From sequence record OL960580: a stretch of DNA of 64,000 bases; one strand, written 5' to 3'. The translations under genes and the position numbers were made by a program. The notes under the pieces were generated by a model. The model saw only the letters and a program-made list of their open reading frames with translations. It was not told the DNA's origin and searched no databases. The stretch comes from Escherichia phage vB_EcoM_SA21RB. Within the stretch, counting starts at the first letter, position 1. Each line of letters begins with the position of its first letter. Below, piece after piece: positions 1 to 9,699 of the stretch.

Positions 1-11
1 AATTTTCCTTA

Positions 12-2189
12 TTAGGCCGCAAGGGCCTTCATAGTTTTAGCGATTTGGGAAACTTCATCATCACTTAAAGAGTTGCGATAACCGATGAAGTCGGAAACAA
101 TACGGAATTTCTTGGTAAACTCAGCAACCATTTTATCACTATTTTTTGAAGCATTACGTGATAATTCATCAAAGAGATTAGTTACTGTCCAGATATCATG
201 ACCGATGGTACCTTTTCCACCGTTGAAATATATGCCCTGCAATGAACTAACCATATTACCAAGGCGAGTATATTCTTCAGAAACTTCATCTACACTGAAG
301 TACTTCATCATAAAATCGAGTTCAGGATACTTAATAATTTTATCAATATATCGTTTAGCTGAACTTGAATAACCTACATACTTATCATAATCTACAGCAT
401 CAAAAGCATCTACATATAAATCACGCAGAGTTTCAAAAATACATTGGCACTGACCAAGTTCTTTTACCTTTTTCTGTAAAAGTGGACGAATAACATAAAA
501 TTCATTAATGCCAATAAGATTAGCCATACGAGTCAAAATACTCGTAGATGGATGACAAAGCGATGTAGTACCATCCATAGAGAAAATATCAGAACGATGC
601 ATATACGCTACATAACCAGTAATTTCATCTGCTTCTGACGTAAGTGTAAACAGTTCCTCTTTTTCCCAGCGCCCGTCTTTAATTTCAAACTTAAACGCAG
701 TAGCAGCTTTAGGACGAGGAGCTTTACTTTTAACTGCCTTCGGAATATAACTTTTAACTAAAGCTTCAATTTCTGACAAATAATGAATGTTAACTTCATC
801 ACTTTCAAACATTGCCATAATATCAGGGAGTAAATCAATCTGCGATTCTACTTCCGGATTAATAAACAGAAGACGCTCATTATGATGAATATTCAAAGTG
901 TTGTTAAATTCTTTATCATCTAACGCATGTGCTAATCCACGGACAATATTAACACGATTTTTAATATTATCAATAACGATATTAATTTTTGTTGTATTAA
1001 TACCGAACAGACGATAACTTGATGCAACGGCTGAAGTTTCATGGCTTTGCTTAATGCGTTTCAGTCGAGGGTCAAGATTTACTTCATACACAACTCCTGC
1101 ATTGCATAGTTTACTATCAGGTTCAAACATGCTTTGCATCTTCTTATATGACAGATTTTTAGTCGTGAATTTGACTGAATTACTAATCATATAATCTCGA
1201 GCAGAATATCCCATCTTCATCAATTCACGGTATGTATGACGAGGAGATGTAGATTCTTTAAATCGTTTTACATCTTCATTGAATGCCTTTTCACTAAGCT
1301 CTTTAACACGCTCAATAATATTTTTACGAGTACGATCATCTAGTGAAAGAGCTTCGCGTGATGGAGCAATATCAAGTGAACCCATTGGAAACTTAATGTA
1401 ATTCACTTCATTGCGGATGCTTAACCAGTTACGGTCTCTAATAACACCATCAATAGGATAAACAATACCACCATAGATAGCATACAATCCACCACGATCT
1501 GGCCAGTATCTTTCTGGATTTACGCCGTAATAGTCATCAAAATCCGGAAAATAATCAATTTCGCGGTCAAGACCATTAATGATAGCCAAATCTTTGAATG
1601 GCCGCATGATATAAGAAACTTCATAAGCAAAGTTTCTAAAGTCTTTTTCTTCAACTGGAACTACGATTTCAATACCAGTTTTATCATTTGGACCCATTTC
1701 TTTTACGAATGTAGGTTTAATCTGCGGACCGTCACCATCCATGTAAGCTACATAACCACGAATTTCGCCTTTATGATATGAAGTAATACTAAATGTATCA
1801 GTATAACTAAACGGAGATTTAGAACCTAAACCAAATCCGCCAATGAAATCGTTAGATTCAGCCTTAGATGAACTGAAGTATGAATTATACAACCCAGGAG
1901 AATTATCATCACCTTGAATATCAAAATCGCTCATACCCGGACCAAAATCTCGGCAAACAAATCGCGGATCTAATCGTCCTGGAACTTGAATGATAAATTT
2001 TTCAGGATTTCCATTGAGAGCATGGGCATCAATCATGTTGGTAATCAATTCACGGACTACTGCGCGAATCTTGTTTGTATACAAATCAGATGATAGAATT
2101 TTAAATACTTTAGGATTTGCTGCGATGCTAAATGCCTTTGATTTAGAACCATTACCAAGAATTGTTTCTTTTTCAGTGGTGATAATCAT
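12..2189 (-). CDS. rIIA: RIIA protein (membrane-associated, rapid-lysis / Rex-exclusion locus)
   Basis: 725-aa ORF with ATG start; N-terminus [20 protein letters not shown] and length match my memory of T4 RIIA; GHKL-ATPase-like N-terminal region. Confidence 0.93.
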   Translation of the reverse strand: MIITTEKETILGNGSKSKAFSIAANPKVFKILSSDLYTNKIRAVVRELITNMIDAHALNGNPEKFIIQVPGRLDPRFVCRDFGPGMSDFDIQGDDNSPGLYNSYFSSSKAESNDFIGGFGLGSKSPFSYTDTFSITSYHKGEIRGYVAYMDGDGPQIKPTFVKEMGPNDKTGIEIVVPVEEKDFRNFAYEVSYIMRPFKDLAIINGLDREIDYFPDFDDYYGVNPERYWPDRGGLYAIYGGIVYPIDGVIRDRNWLSIRNEVNYIKFPMGSLDIAPSREALSLDDRTRKNIIERVKELSEKAFNEDVKRFKESTSPRHTYRELMKMGYSARDYMISNSVKFTTKNLSYKKMQSMFEPDSKLCNAGVVYEVNLDPRLKRIKQSHETSAVASSYRLFGINTTKINIVIDNIKNRVNIVRGLAHALDDKEFNNTLNIHHNERLLFINPEVESQIDLLPDIMAMFESDEVNIHYLSEIEALVKSYIPKAVKSKAPRPKAATAFKFEIKDGRWEKEELFTLTSEADEITGYVAYMHRSDIFSMDGTTSLCHPSTSILTRMANLIGINEFYVIRPLLQKKVKELGQCQCIFETLRDLYVDAFDAVDYDKYVGYSSSAKRYIDKIIKYPELDFMMKYFSVDEVSEEYTRLGNMVSSLQGIYFNGGKGTIGHDIWTVTNLFDELSRNASKNSDKMVAEFTKKFRIVSDFIGYRNSLSDDEVSQIAKTMKALAA

Positions 2190-2199
2190 AATTTCCTCA

Positions 2200-2403
2200 T
2201 TAATTCATATTGCGTTTAATAACTTCAGCAACTTCTAGTAGTTCATCTTTAGTTGCGGTGTCGGATTGAATTTTATCTCTAATATCCTTAAAGCGGTTTT
2301 TAAACTCTTCGGCTTCTCCCATATCGAAAAAGCGTTGAATGATTCTATATTCTCGATGAACTGCTTTATCAAAAAGTTCTAAATTTACTTTATATGATTT
2401 CAT
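2200..2403 (-). CDS. small hypothetical protein (position of T4 rIIA.1)
   Basis: 67-aa ORF with ATG start, tightly packed between rIIA and gene 39; early promoter just upstream. Confidence 0.6.
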   Translation of the reverse strand: MKSYKVNLELFDKAVHREYRIIQRFFDMGEAEEFKNRFKDIRDKIQSDTATKDELLEVAEVIKRNMN

Positions 2404-2427
2404 TTCAATATCCTCATTTGCCCAATT

Positions 2428-2457
2428 AATTATACCACATCCTTGTGGTAAAGTAAA
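2428..2457 (-). promoter_or_regulatory. T4-type early promoter for the rIIA.1-rIIA unit
   Basis: minus strand reads GTTTAC (-35), about 18 nt, TATAAT (-10); sits between the gene 39 stop and the rIIA.1 start. Confidence 0.55.
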
Positions 2458-4275
2458 CTATTGGCTCATCCATTCTTTACGAAGGTCAGCATTATCTCCC
2501 ATGAGCATTTCAAAAAGCTCTTTCCAGTTCTCAGGAAGTTTAACAACATCATATACTGGGTTTTGAATCATCTCACGATATTCAGATTTTTCCAAAGAGC
2601 CAAGTCCCTTAATATAACGGATGCTATGTTTAGGTAGAGCATCTTTGGCACTCTCATATTCAGTGACTGTATAAAACCATTCTTGTTTTTTACCGACCTG
2701 AGCGATGATTACAGGAGTTTTGACGAAGCGAATTCTTCCTTGTTCAAACAGTTCTGGCCAATTACTAAAAAATCCGAGCAGAGAAGGATAAATGCTCCCT
2801 AGACCATCATGGTCAGCATCAGTCATAATAGCAATATTATGATAATTCAAGTTTTCAGCCTTTTCACCAAGAACTAATCCAGTGATTGCGCAAATATCAA
2901 ACAGTTCTTTGTTTTTAAGCATATCAGCATATGACATACCCCAACTGTTGAGAACTTTACCACGCAATGGATAACCACCATGAAGTTCTTTATCACGAAC
3001 ATCAATAAGATATCCGATAGCAGAATCACCCTCAGTCAAGAAAAGAGTCGTGTCAGCATCTTTACCACAAAGATTCGCTTTAATATGTTTATGAACCTTA
3101 GCTTTAGAAGCCTTTTTAGCTGCTTTAGTTTCTGCTGCTTTTTCTGCCGCCAATTTACGAGCCAAGGCAGCTTCAATAATTGGCATTAAAATTGCTTCAT
3201 TATTTAAAATAGCGCGTGAAATCTTTTTAGCATCAAGCTGAATATGACTACGAATTTCACCAAATGGAGAAGTCAAACGCTCTTTAGTCTGAGAATCAAA
3301 TCGCATGTTTTTCATATCACGAACAAACATAACGATAGTCAAACATTCTTTAACACGTGCTTTAGTTACATCAATTTTGAACTTACGTTTGATTTGTGGA
3401 ATAAGGTCTTCACAAATATCATCCATAACACAGTCAATGTGATGACCACCATTCTTAGTATGAATGTTATTGACGTATGTTAATTGACGAAAACCATCCG
3501 GTGAACGACCAACCGCAATAGAACAATTTTCTTGTTCTTGAACAATAGCATGCTCATCATATTGGCGTGCATATTTCTTAAAATTACCCTGAACCTTTTT
3601 ACCGTTAAAGGTAAATTGAATATCAGGATAAACTACTGCAAGTGTCTGGAGACGATCTAGTGTAATGTCAAGATAAACCTGAGATAGCTCATTAGTTTCA
3701 AATGACATAAAATCAGGAATGAAAGTAACACGAGTTCCTTTCCATTTTCCAGGAATATCTTCCCATGATTTATTTTCCATGCCATTTGAACAACGAACTA
3801 CAATATTATTTTGACCGTCGCCAGTTTCACCGACAAACATCACAGAAAAAATGTTAGTTAAACTAGAACCAACACCGTTCATACCGCCAGTGACGCGTTC
3901 TTTGTCATCACCAAAGTTACCACCTGCTTTTGGAATAGTCCAAGCTGCAACAGGACCAGGAATTTCTTCACCAGTAGGTGTTTTAACCATCGCTTGTGGA
4001 ATACCACGACCGTTATCTTCAACTGTTACTTGATTGTTTTTAATAGTAACATTAATTTTATTCGCGAATTTAAACTTAGTACGAATACCTTCATCTACTG
4101 AGTTATCGATAATTTCATCAATAAGCTTAACAAGACCAGGTACATACTGAACACTTTCCCATTTACCAAACAGAAAGCGCTCATGCATTTCATTAGCAGA
4201 AGAACCAATGTACATGCCGCTACGCTTTTTGATATGTTCAATATCGCTCAGAATTTTAATTTCATTCTTAATCAT
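2458..4275 (-). CDS. 39: DNA topoisomerase II large subunit, single uninterrupted ORF covering the T4 gp39 and gp60 regions
   Basis: ORF track starts at GTG 4278; next codon is ATG 4275 with GAGGA SD, giving 605 aa; GyrB-like ATPase N-terminus; C-terminus NIAIMTDADHDGLGSIYPSLLGFF...RKEWMSQ matches my memory of T4 gp60. Confidence 0.9.
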   Translation of the reverse strand: MIKNEIKILSDIEHIKKRSGMYIGSSANEMHERFLFGKWESVQYVPGLVKLIDEIIDNSVDEGIRTKFKFANKINVTIKNNQVTVEDNGRGIPQAMVKTPTGEEIPGPVAAWTIPKAGGNFGDDKERVTGGMNGVGSSLTNIFSVMFVGETGDGQNNIVVRCSNGMENKSWEDIPGKWKGTRVTFIPDFMSFETNELSQVYLDITLDRLQTLAVVYPDIQFTFNGKKVQGNFKKYARQYDEHAIVQEQENCSIAVGRSPDGFRQLTYVNNIHTKNGGHHIDCVMDDICEDLIPQIKRKFKIDVTKARVKECLTIVMFVRDMKNMRFDSQTKERLTSPFGEIRSHIQLDAKKISRAILNNEAILMPIIEAALARKLAAEKAAETKAAKKASKAKVHKHIKANLCGKDADTTLFLTEGDSAIGYLIDVRDKELHGGYPLRGKVLNSWGMSYADMLKNKELFDICAITGLVLGEKAENLNYHNIAIMTDADHDGLGSIYPSLLGFFSNWPELFEQGRIRFVKTPVIIAQVGKKQEWFYTVTEYESAKDALPKHSIRYIKGLGSLEKSEYREMIQNPVYDVVKLPENWKELFEMLMGDNADLRKEWMSQ

Positions 4276-4302
4276 CACTTATCCTCGTTTGGTTTCGGGA
4301 AT

Positions 4303-4328
4303 ATTATACTCCGGTAATCATAAAGCTA
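4303..4328 (-). promoter_or_regulatory. possible middle-type promoter upstream of gene 39
   Basis: minus strand TAGCTTTA (MotA-box-like), 10 nt, AGTATAAT; about 25 nt upstream of the gene 39 ATG. Confidence 0.3.
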
Positions 4329-4345
4329 AAGGCCCGAAGGCCTTT
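4328..4345 (-). terminator. C(UUCG)G tetraloop hairpin after the lipoprotein gene
   Basis: minus-strand RNA GGCC-UUCG-GGCC immediately 3' of the stop at 4345; weak U tract. Confidence 0.4.
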
Positions 4346-4605
4346 TATTTAAAACGGATAGTCGAATCCTTGAAGAATAGACCAGAACATACGGTTCCTT
4401 CTACTTTCTGCCCGGTAGGTCCAATAGCACGAAATCCAGTATGTTGGAAATCATTTTCAGAGCAACCGAACCAATTGTATCCAGTGATTTCAATATTAGT
4501 AAAACCACTTGAAGACAAAACTTTGGTTGCATTATCAGCATCAGTACATCCTGCTAAAGACACTGCTAATACTAATGCTGCGATAGAACGATTAATATAT
4601 TTCAT
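4345..4605 (-). CDS. small lipoprotein
   Basis: ORF track start is TTG at 4617; in-frame ATG at 4605 gives 86 aa MKYINRSIAALVLAVSLAGC with lipobox LAGC. Confidence 0.55.
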   Translation of the reverse strand: MKYINRSIAALVLAVSLAGCTDADNATKVLSSSGFTNIEITGYNWFGCSENDFQHTGFRAIGPTGQKVEGTVCSGLFFKDSTIRFK

Positions 4606-4609
4606 AATT

Positions 4610-4981
4610 TCACTCAAATTTAATGGCTTGAAGAAGACTAATAATTCTCAAGCGACTTCTTTCATCTTTAACCGTAAATGAAAGAGGGTCACCAGATTTC
4701 ATAGTGATAGTACATTCAAAATCAAAATCTTCAGGAACTTCTTCGAAGAAGTCAAATTCTTCGTCATAAATTAGAACATTACTCTGAAAACTGTGAAGAA
4801 TTTTTCCATCATTTCCAGATGCTGTACTAATCATTGTAACATTATGGCCTTTCATATCTTCAACGATAAATTCGCTTGTAGATATTACGGCATTAATAGA
4901 ACCATTCCTATAAATAGAAGAAAGTAAATATTTCTTTTCTTCACCTTCGCGAACACGATATTTCTTACCGATTTTAAACAT
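4610..4981 (-). CDS. hypothetical protein
   Basis: 123-aa ORF with ATG start, tightly tiled with neighbours. Confidence 0.5.
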   Translation of the reverse strand: MFKIGKKYRVREGEEKKYLLSSIYRNGSINAVISTSEFIVEDMKGHNVTMISTASGNDGKILHSFQSNVLIYDEEFDFFEEVPEDFDFECTITMKSGDPLSFTVKDERSRLRIISLLQAIKFE

Positions 4982-4983
4982 AA

Positions 4984-5160
4984 TTACCCTTTAAGTAAGT
5001 CGTAAAAACCACCATTCACATGCTTAGGAGCAGAAGGCCGACGAGTAGACAGACGATGACATTTAGGGCAAACATCATTTTCTCGTTCAGAAATCTTTTT
5101 AATTTTTTCATATTCATGCCCGCAATCTTCGGATTGGCATTTATAATCATACATTGGCAT
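4984..5160 (-). CDS. FmdB-like zinc-ribbon small protein
   Basis: 58-aa ORF below the track cut-off: MPMYDYKCQSEDCGHEYE...CPKCHRLS has two CxxC pairs; fills the gap exactly. Confidence 0.5.
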   Translation of the reverse strand: MPMYDYKCQSEDCGHEYEKIKKISERENDVCPKCHRLSTRRPSAPKHVNGGFYDLLKG

Positions 5161-5162
5161 AA

Positions 5163-5582
5163 TTATTCCTTAAAGTGTGCTTTCAACATCTGATACAAGG
5201 ACCATGCCTGTTCATTATTTTCAATAGTAACTTTCATGACAGGAAATGCTGTGAAATCTTCTATTTGTTCTTGCTCTTCCTGCTCTTGCTCTTCAGCTGC
5301 CTGGTATGGATTTTCAACTTCATCAAAGAACCCAGCTTCGTTAGTAGAGAGCCAGATAAAGTTTTCGTCAAGGATATCACCATGTTTTGCATATCCAATT
5401 GTGCCAGTAAATGACATAATTTTAGTAGGACGACCAAGATGGTCAGCATCTAAAATTTTAAAAGGTTCCATACCTAAACGTCGTGCATAGATTCCGTTAT
5501 CAGTATGGTCTTTAATAAAATTTTCTTGAGCCTGTTTATTTTTAAATTGATACCATTTATTAACTTCAAATTTAATAGCCAT
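5163..5582 (-). CDS. hypothetical acidic protein
   Basis: 139-aa ORF with ATG start; [10 protein letters not shown] acidic tract. Confidence 0.55.
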   Translation of the reverse strand: MAIKFEVNKWYQFKNKQAQENFIKDHTDNGIYARRLGMEPFKILDADHLGRPTKIMSFTGTIGYAKHGDILDENFIWLSTNEAGFFDEVENPYQAAEEQEQEEQEQIEDFTAFPVMKVTIENNEQAWSLYQMLKAHFKE

Positions 5583-5797
5583 TAATAAATTTCCTTCCAG
5601 TAAGTTGTACCGTCTTCAGTGATTTCACGGAATACACCGTAAATTGGCTGTTTATCACCAACCTTTTCATAAACATAAACCGAAGTCAAGTGAGTAAACT
5701 TAATGGTGTGTTCCTTTTGAACCACTACCAAATCTGGATCGAATAATACATCTTCAAATTCGTCATTAGTGCAATTCTGAACAGTTTTACGTTTCAT
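5582..5797 (-). CDS. hypothetical protein
   Basis: 71-aa ORF with ATG start; stop/start abuts the neighbour. Confidence 0.5.
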   Translation of the reverse strand: MKRKTVQNCTNDEFEDVLFDPDLVVVQKEHTIKFTHLTSVYVYEKVGDKQPIYGVFREITEDGTTYWKEIY

Positions 5798-5810
5798 TAC
5801 AATTTCCTCA

Positions 5811-6080
5811 TTAATTGAACAGTGGAGCGATGCGTTTCAGAAGAGTAGCAGCACCTTTGGCGAATTTTACATCATGAAAAACAGTTTCTTCTTCCGTTAC
5901 AACACGAGCTTTAATGTTTTCACAATCCCAATTTTTACGAACAATCTTCAAAAGCTGCAGTAAATCTTTACATTCAGCAATATCGATAACACATCCACGA
6001 GAATCTTCCATTATCGCACGATAACCGTAAGCCATACCATAATCGTTGAAAGACTGTTCGATGATAATTAAGTTTTCCAT
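5811..6080 (-). CDS. hypothetical protein
   Basis: ORF track start is TTG 6092; ATG at 6080 with GGAG SD gives 89 aa; preceded by a promoter-leader cassette. Confidence 0.5.
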   Translation of the reverse strand: MENLIIIEQSFNDYGMAYGYRAIMEDSRGCVIDIAECKDLLQLLKIVRKNWDCENIKARVVTEEETVFHDVKFAKGAATLLKRIAPLFN

Positions 6081-6187
6081 TTTATTCTCCAAGTTGTTTT
6101 CTGTATCAGTAGTTGATATTGATATAGTACCATAATCAACTACCGATGTATATAGTTTTATGAAAAAATTTTAAACTTTATGCAAAT

Positions 6188-6607
6188 TTATGCTAAAGCT
6201 GCTTCGCACCATTTTTTAATTTGGAATTCAGGAACTACCATGAACTGGCCTGCAAAAACAATATTGTAGAGCTTGACGCCATCTTCTACCCAACGGTCCG
6301 AAATAAAACCAGCGACTTGATTCGTTGTCCATGGAGTTCCATCTGTTGCCGCCGCAATTGTGAATTTATGGTCTTTTACAACTAAAACTGAAGAACAAAG
6401 TTTCCATTTAAATGCGCTTTCTTCTGGCTCAATGAACTGGCTTGAGACATAACCAATGTTACCATCAGCGTCACGAACTTTAACCTCGTTACGACCAAAA
6501 ACTGGATCACTCACAGAAAGAACTTCAACCAGCTTTCCTGCAACTTTAGAACGAGAAGCAACGGATACATATACGTAATCACCAGTAGAGAGATTTACAA
6601 TATTCAT
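6188..6607 (-). CDS. hypothetical protein, paralogue family member A
   Basis: 139 aa; N-terminus and C-terminal motif GFISDRWVEDGVKLYNIVFAGQF shared with the next two genes. Confidence 0.6.
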   Translation of the reverse strand: MNIVNLSTGDYVYVSVASRSKVAGKLVEVLSVSDPVFGRNEVKVRDADGNIGYVSSQFIEPEESAFKWKLCSSVLVVKDHKFTIAAATDGTPWTTNQVAGFISDRWVEDGVKLYNIVFAGQFMVVPEFQIKKWCEAALA

Positions 6608-6616
6608 AATAATTCC

Positions 6617-7093
6617 TTAAGCTTTACGAGGAGAAGCATAACGAGTGATTTCAGATTCTTCAACAACCCGGAAGTCACCTAAAAATACAATATTGTATAG
6701 CTTTTTACCGTCTTCAATCCATTGGTCTGTAATGAAGCCACACATCCTATCAGTTTTACTTGGACCAGCGAAATCATCAATATAATCGAATTTTTCAGCA
6801 GTTACAAATTCAACGCCTTTGCACAATGGCCATTTAAATTGTGCATTAGGCTTAGTGGATTCAACTTCTTTAACAGAAGCAAAATGAGCGCTAACACGAG
6901 TTTCCAGAAATTTAGGACTTACGTAAGCGTACTGAGTTTCAATTTTTCCAGAACTAGGAATGATTCGAACTTTAACTTCTTTAACACGACCAGTACCATT
7001 AGTACGAAGTCCTACCACTTCAACTAGACGACCTGCAGCTTTAGAACGGGATTTATCAGATACACGAGCAATTTCACCAATATTAATAATCAT
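6617..7093 (-). CDS. hypothetical protein, paralogue family member B
   Basis: 158 aa; ...SRSKAAGRLVEV and GFITDQWIEDGKKLYNIVFLGDF motifs. Confidence 0.6.
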   Translation of the reverse strand: MIINIGEIARVSDKSRSKAAGRLVEVVGLRTNGTGRVKEVKVRIIPSSGKIETQYAYVSPKFLETRVSAHFASVKEVESTKPNAQFKWPLCKGVEFVTAEKFDYIDDFAGPSKTDRMCGFITDQWIEDGKKLYNIVFLGDFRVVEESEITRYASPRKA

Positions 7094-7137
7094 AGTTATC
7101 TCTCACTTGTTAAAAAGATTTTATACTCCGCGGGACC

Positions 7138-7167
7138 ATTATACTCTGGTCCCAAGAGTTTGTAAAC
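7138..7167 (-). promoter_or_regulatory. T4-type early promoter
   Basis: minus strand GTTTAC, 18 nt, TATAAT in the gap between paralogues B and C. Confidence 0.5.
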
Positions 7168-7169
7168 TA

Positions 7170-7712
7170 TTAATTTAAAATAGCTACCACAGCACTACGA
7201 GGTACTACACTAAAATCACCTGCATGAACAACGTTCAGAAGTTCAACACTATCTTCAACCCACTGGTCTGTTACCCAACCACAGACCGAAATAAATGGGG
7301 TCTTGATAGCTACAGCACGAGTTAGAAGGTCGGTAGGGTCTTGTTCTTCAACTTCTTGGAACAGGATGAACTCTGCTTCATAAACCAGGATTTTCTCCAT
7401 TTTGTTATTGTCTAAACGACGACCGTGGACAATATAAGATTTAGTAAACCATTTACTTTTTTCAAAGTCTTCAACGGTAAATTCGCCTTCGCCAAAAACA
7501 TCAGTCAAAGTTTTATGGCCGGAAATCAAGGCATTAGTTTTAATTTCAGGTTCAACCAGTTTGTAGGTTTTGCCGATTTCAATAGCAGTAGTCATAGTAG
7601 GTTCCTTAATTTCCAGTGGTTTAACAGGGCATACATAAGTGCTTACAACATCAAAATCAATCAGTTTAGCTACCGGATTTGGTGTGTATTCAGGATTATA
7701 ATTAAATTTCAT
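7170..7712 (-). CDS. hypothetical protein, paralogue family member C
   Basis: 180 aa; C-terminal GWVTDQWVEDSVELLNVVHAGDF motif. Confidence 0.6.
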   Translation of the reverse strand: MKFNYNPEYTPNPVAKLIDFDVVSTYVCPVKPLEIKEPTMTTAIEIGKTYKLVEPEIKTNALISGHKTLTDVFGEGEFTVEDFEKSKWFTKSYIVHGRRLDNNKMEKILVYEAEFILFQEVEEQDPTDLLTRAVAIKTPFISVCGWVTDQWVEDSVELLNVVHAGDFSVVPRSAVVAILN

Positions 7713-7714
7713 AT

Positions 7715-8218
7715 TTATCTCATTTCAATAAAATCTACGAGTTCAGCATGCGATTTACGGAACATTACTTGGTGTCCGCCAATTATAACTTCATCTTCAG
7801 GAACTTCGTATACAGCGAGATAAAATCCTTTGGAAGATAATTCTTCACGCTCTTCTCGAGTAAACCATCTCATCATATCATATTCACTAGCGAAAGCAAA
7901 ATGATAAAGAGCTATAAACCATCCTGGAATATAGTGATCTACGCCTACATATTCCTCTTTCTCAAATTTAGTATTAATTGCTATATTAGCATTTTTAACT
8001 AATAATTTGTCTTCGCGCGGAAGAGGAATTCTTTTGTTATCATTACTATGATGTGTAAAATTAGGTCTATCATAACCTACGTGTAATAACCACTCTTCGC
8101 TCCATGAATCTATTATACTCCTGTATGGCGTTATTTGAACACAAAGATTTCGACGTATTGTTATAGCATCTTCACAATTAAGAATACTAAACGATGATTC
8201 AACACGATAAATTTTCAT
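7715..8218 (-). CDS. MotB-like protein (by position and size)
   Basis: ORF track extends to 8365 through the dexA 3' end and promoter; ATG at 8218 with GAGG SD gives 167 aa MKIYRVESS... Confidence 0.5.
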   Translation of the reverse strand: MKIYRVESSFSILNCEDAITIRRNLCVQITPYRSIIDSWSEEWLLHVGYDRPNFTHHSNDNKRIPLPREDKLLVKNANIAINTKFEKEEYVGVDHYIPGWFIALYHFAFASEYDMMRWFTREEREELSSKGFYLAVYEVPEDEVIIGGHQVMFRKSHAELVDFIEMR

Positions 8219-8244
8219 TTTATTATCCTCAGTAGCTATGGTTG

Positions 8245-8276
8245 TTATAATACCACAACTAACCGAGGAAGTAAAC
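8245..8276 (-). promoter_or_regulatory. T4-type early promoter
   Basis: minus strand GTTTAC, 18 nt, TATTAT between the dexA stop and the 8218 start. Confidence 0.5.
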
Positions 8277-8282
8277 AACTTT

Positions 8283-8966
8283 TTATCGTTTTGTTGGAAG
8301 AGAAAGAGGATCGCACTCTTCCTCTGACGGAGCATCTTCAAGACCCATAGCATATCGCAAAGCATACTTCATCATCAGGATGTCTTTCGCACAGTCATGA
8401 ATAGAATCATGTGCAACGAATCCATCTAAAGTTCCCTTTGGAAGAGGACACGTGGTCATATCACGAACAAGCAGAAGTGCTTCAATTCTGGTACGAATAT
8501 CACGTTGATTCCAGAATTTACATGGTTCTAACTTAAATGTGTCAAGTTCATTCTCGGAAACGCCGTTAAGACGTTGAATATCACGAATGAGATCAACTAA
8601 AATTGGAAAATCAAACGACATTCCACGGCACCAGCCCTGAGATTTCCAAGGATCGATATTATGCGCATTGATGTAATCATTAAATTTTGCAATACCATCG
8701 ATAGTGCTTACATCTTCATCTGATGGCGCAATATTTTTTCGAGCTTCAGGAGATTGATTTTTCCACCATTCGATAGTGCTTTTAGTAAAAAGACGATGTC
8801 CTTTTTGGCTTTTTAAATCAAACTTGATTTTAATGCCGCGTGAAACTAATTCATCAAAGGATTCAACTACTTCTGGGTTAGGGTCAAAGGCAATAACAGC
8901 TAAGTCAATAACAGCTGCCTTTTCACCGCTTCCCATTGTTTCAAAATCTATAATAAAATCAAACAT
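8283..8966 (-). CDS. dexA: exonuclease A (DnaQ-like 3'-5' exonuclease)
   Basis: 227 aa with ATG start; DFETMG exonuclease motif; length and position next to dda as in T4. Confidence 0.85.
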   Translation of the reverse strand: MFDFIIDFETMGSGEKAAVIDLAVIAFDPNPEVVESFDELVSRGIKIKFDLKSQKGHRLFTKSTIEWWKNQSPEARKNIAPSDEDVSTIDGIAKFNDYINAHNIDPWKSQGWCRGMSFDFPILVDLIRDIQRLNGVSENELDTFKLEPCKFWNQRDIRTRIEALLLVRDMTTCPLPKGTLDGFVAHDSIHDCAKDILMMKYALRYAMGLEDAPSEEECDPLSLPTKR

Positions 8967-9208
8967 TAAATTTTCCTCGCTAAATCGCGAATTTGACCTA
9001 CAGTATAATCTTGGATATAAACTTTATTAATGGGCTCATCAATAAATTTTGCCATAGATTCAATATCTTTTTGTATCTCTTCAAGACTGTATACTATCTT
9101 TAAAGCTTTTTCGCGAATAGTAACATTATCAGGTCCTGAATTTTCTTGAATGACAGCTTTAACATTTGTCATAAGAGATTTAAACTGCTGCAAACTTAAT
9201 TCAATCAT
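8966..9208 (-). CDS. small hypothetical protein (paralogue of 9201..9446)
   Basis: ORF track start is GTG 9241; ATG at 9208 with AAGGCGG SD gives 80 aa. Confidence 0.45.
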   Translation of the reverse strand: MIELSLQQFKSLMTNVKAVIQENSGPDNVTIREKALKIVYSLEEIQKDIESMAKFIDEPINKVYIQDYTVGQIRDLARKI

Positions 9209-9446
9209 TAATAACCGCCTTATAAAGATGGCTAATTTCACCTAAAACATAATCACTGATTGTAACAGTTTTCACTTCGCCGCAAAAGAATTCTAATGCA
9301 ATCAAATCTCGTTCAATTTCTTCCAATTGAAGCATTAACTTGCCTGATTCAATTTTTACATTTGTACGATTTTTACTATAAGCTATTTCATAAATTTCAC
9401 TCACTTTATCTTGAAGCAGATAAAACTGGTCTTTAGTTATTTCCAC
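9201..9446 (-). CDS. small hypothetical protein (paralogue of 8966..9208)
   Basis: ORF track start is TTG 9461; GTG at 9446 preceded by GAGGAAG SD gives 81 aa; shared LEEI(Q/E)(K/R)D...Y..G(Q/E)I pattern. Confidence 0.45.
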   Translation of the reverse strand: MEITKDQFYLLQDKVSEIYEIAYSKNRTNVKIESGKLMLQLEEIERDLIALEFFCGEVKTVTISDYVLGEISHLYKAVIND

Positions 9447-9693
9447 GAATAGCTTCCTCAAATTTAATCAACAGCTTACAGACACTTTCATCTAATGTAA
9501 TTACCGTGTCTGTGTTACTATGATATGATTGTTTTTCAATTCGTTTAATTGCTAGTATAGTATCACTTATAAGATTAAGCTTATAAAGGAGCTCAGCTCC
9601 TGTTACCATAACACTGAGGTTATCTTGCTTATCAGTATGCTTCTTTATACCATCTATTAGACGATTTAAATATTTTGAATTGATGTTAATCAT
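9433..9693 (-). CDS. small hypothetical protein
   Basis: 86 aa; ATG with GAGGA SD. Confidence 0.5.
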   Translation of the reverse strand: MININSKYLNRLIDGIKKHTDKQDNLSVMVTGAELLYKLNLISDTILAIKRIEKQSYHSNTDTVITLDESVCKLLIKFEEAIRGNN

Positions 9694-9699
9694 ATATCC

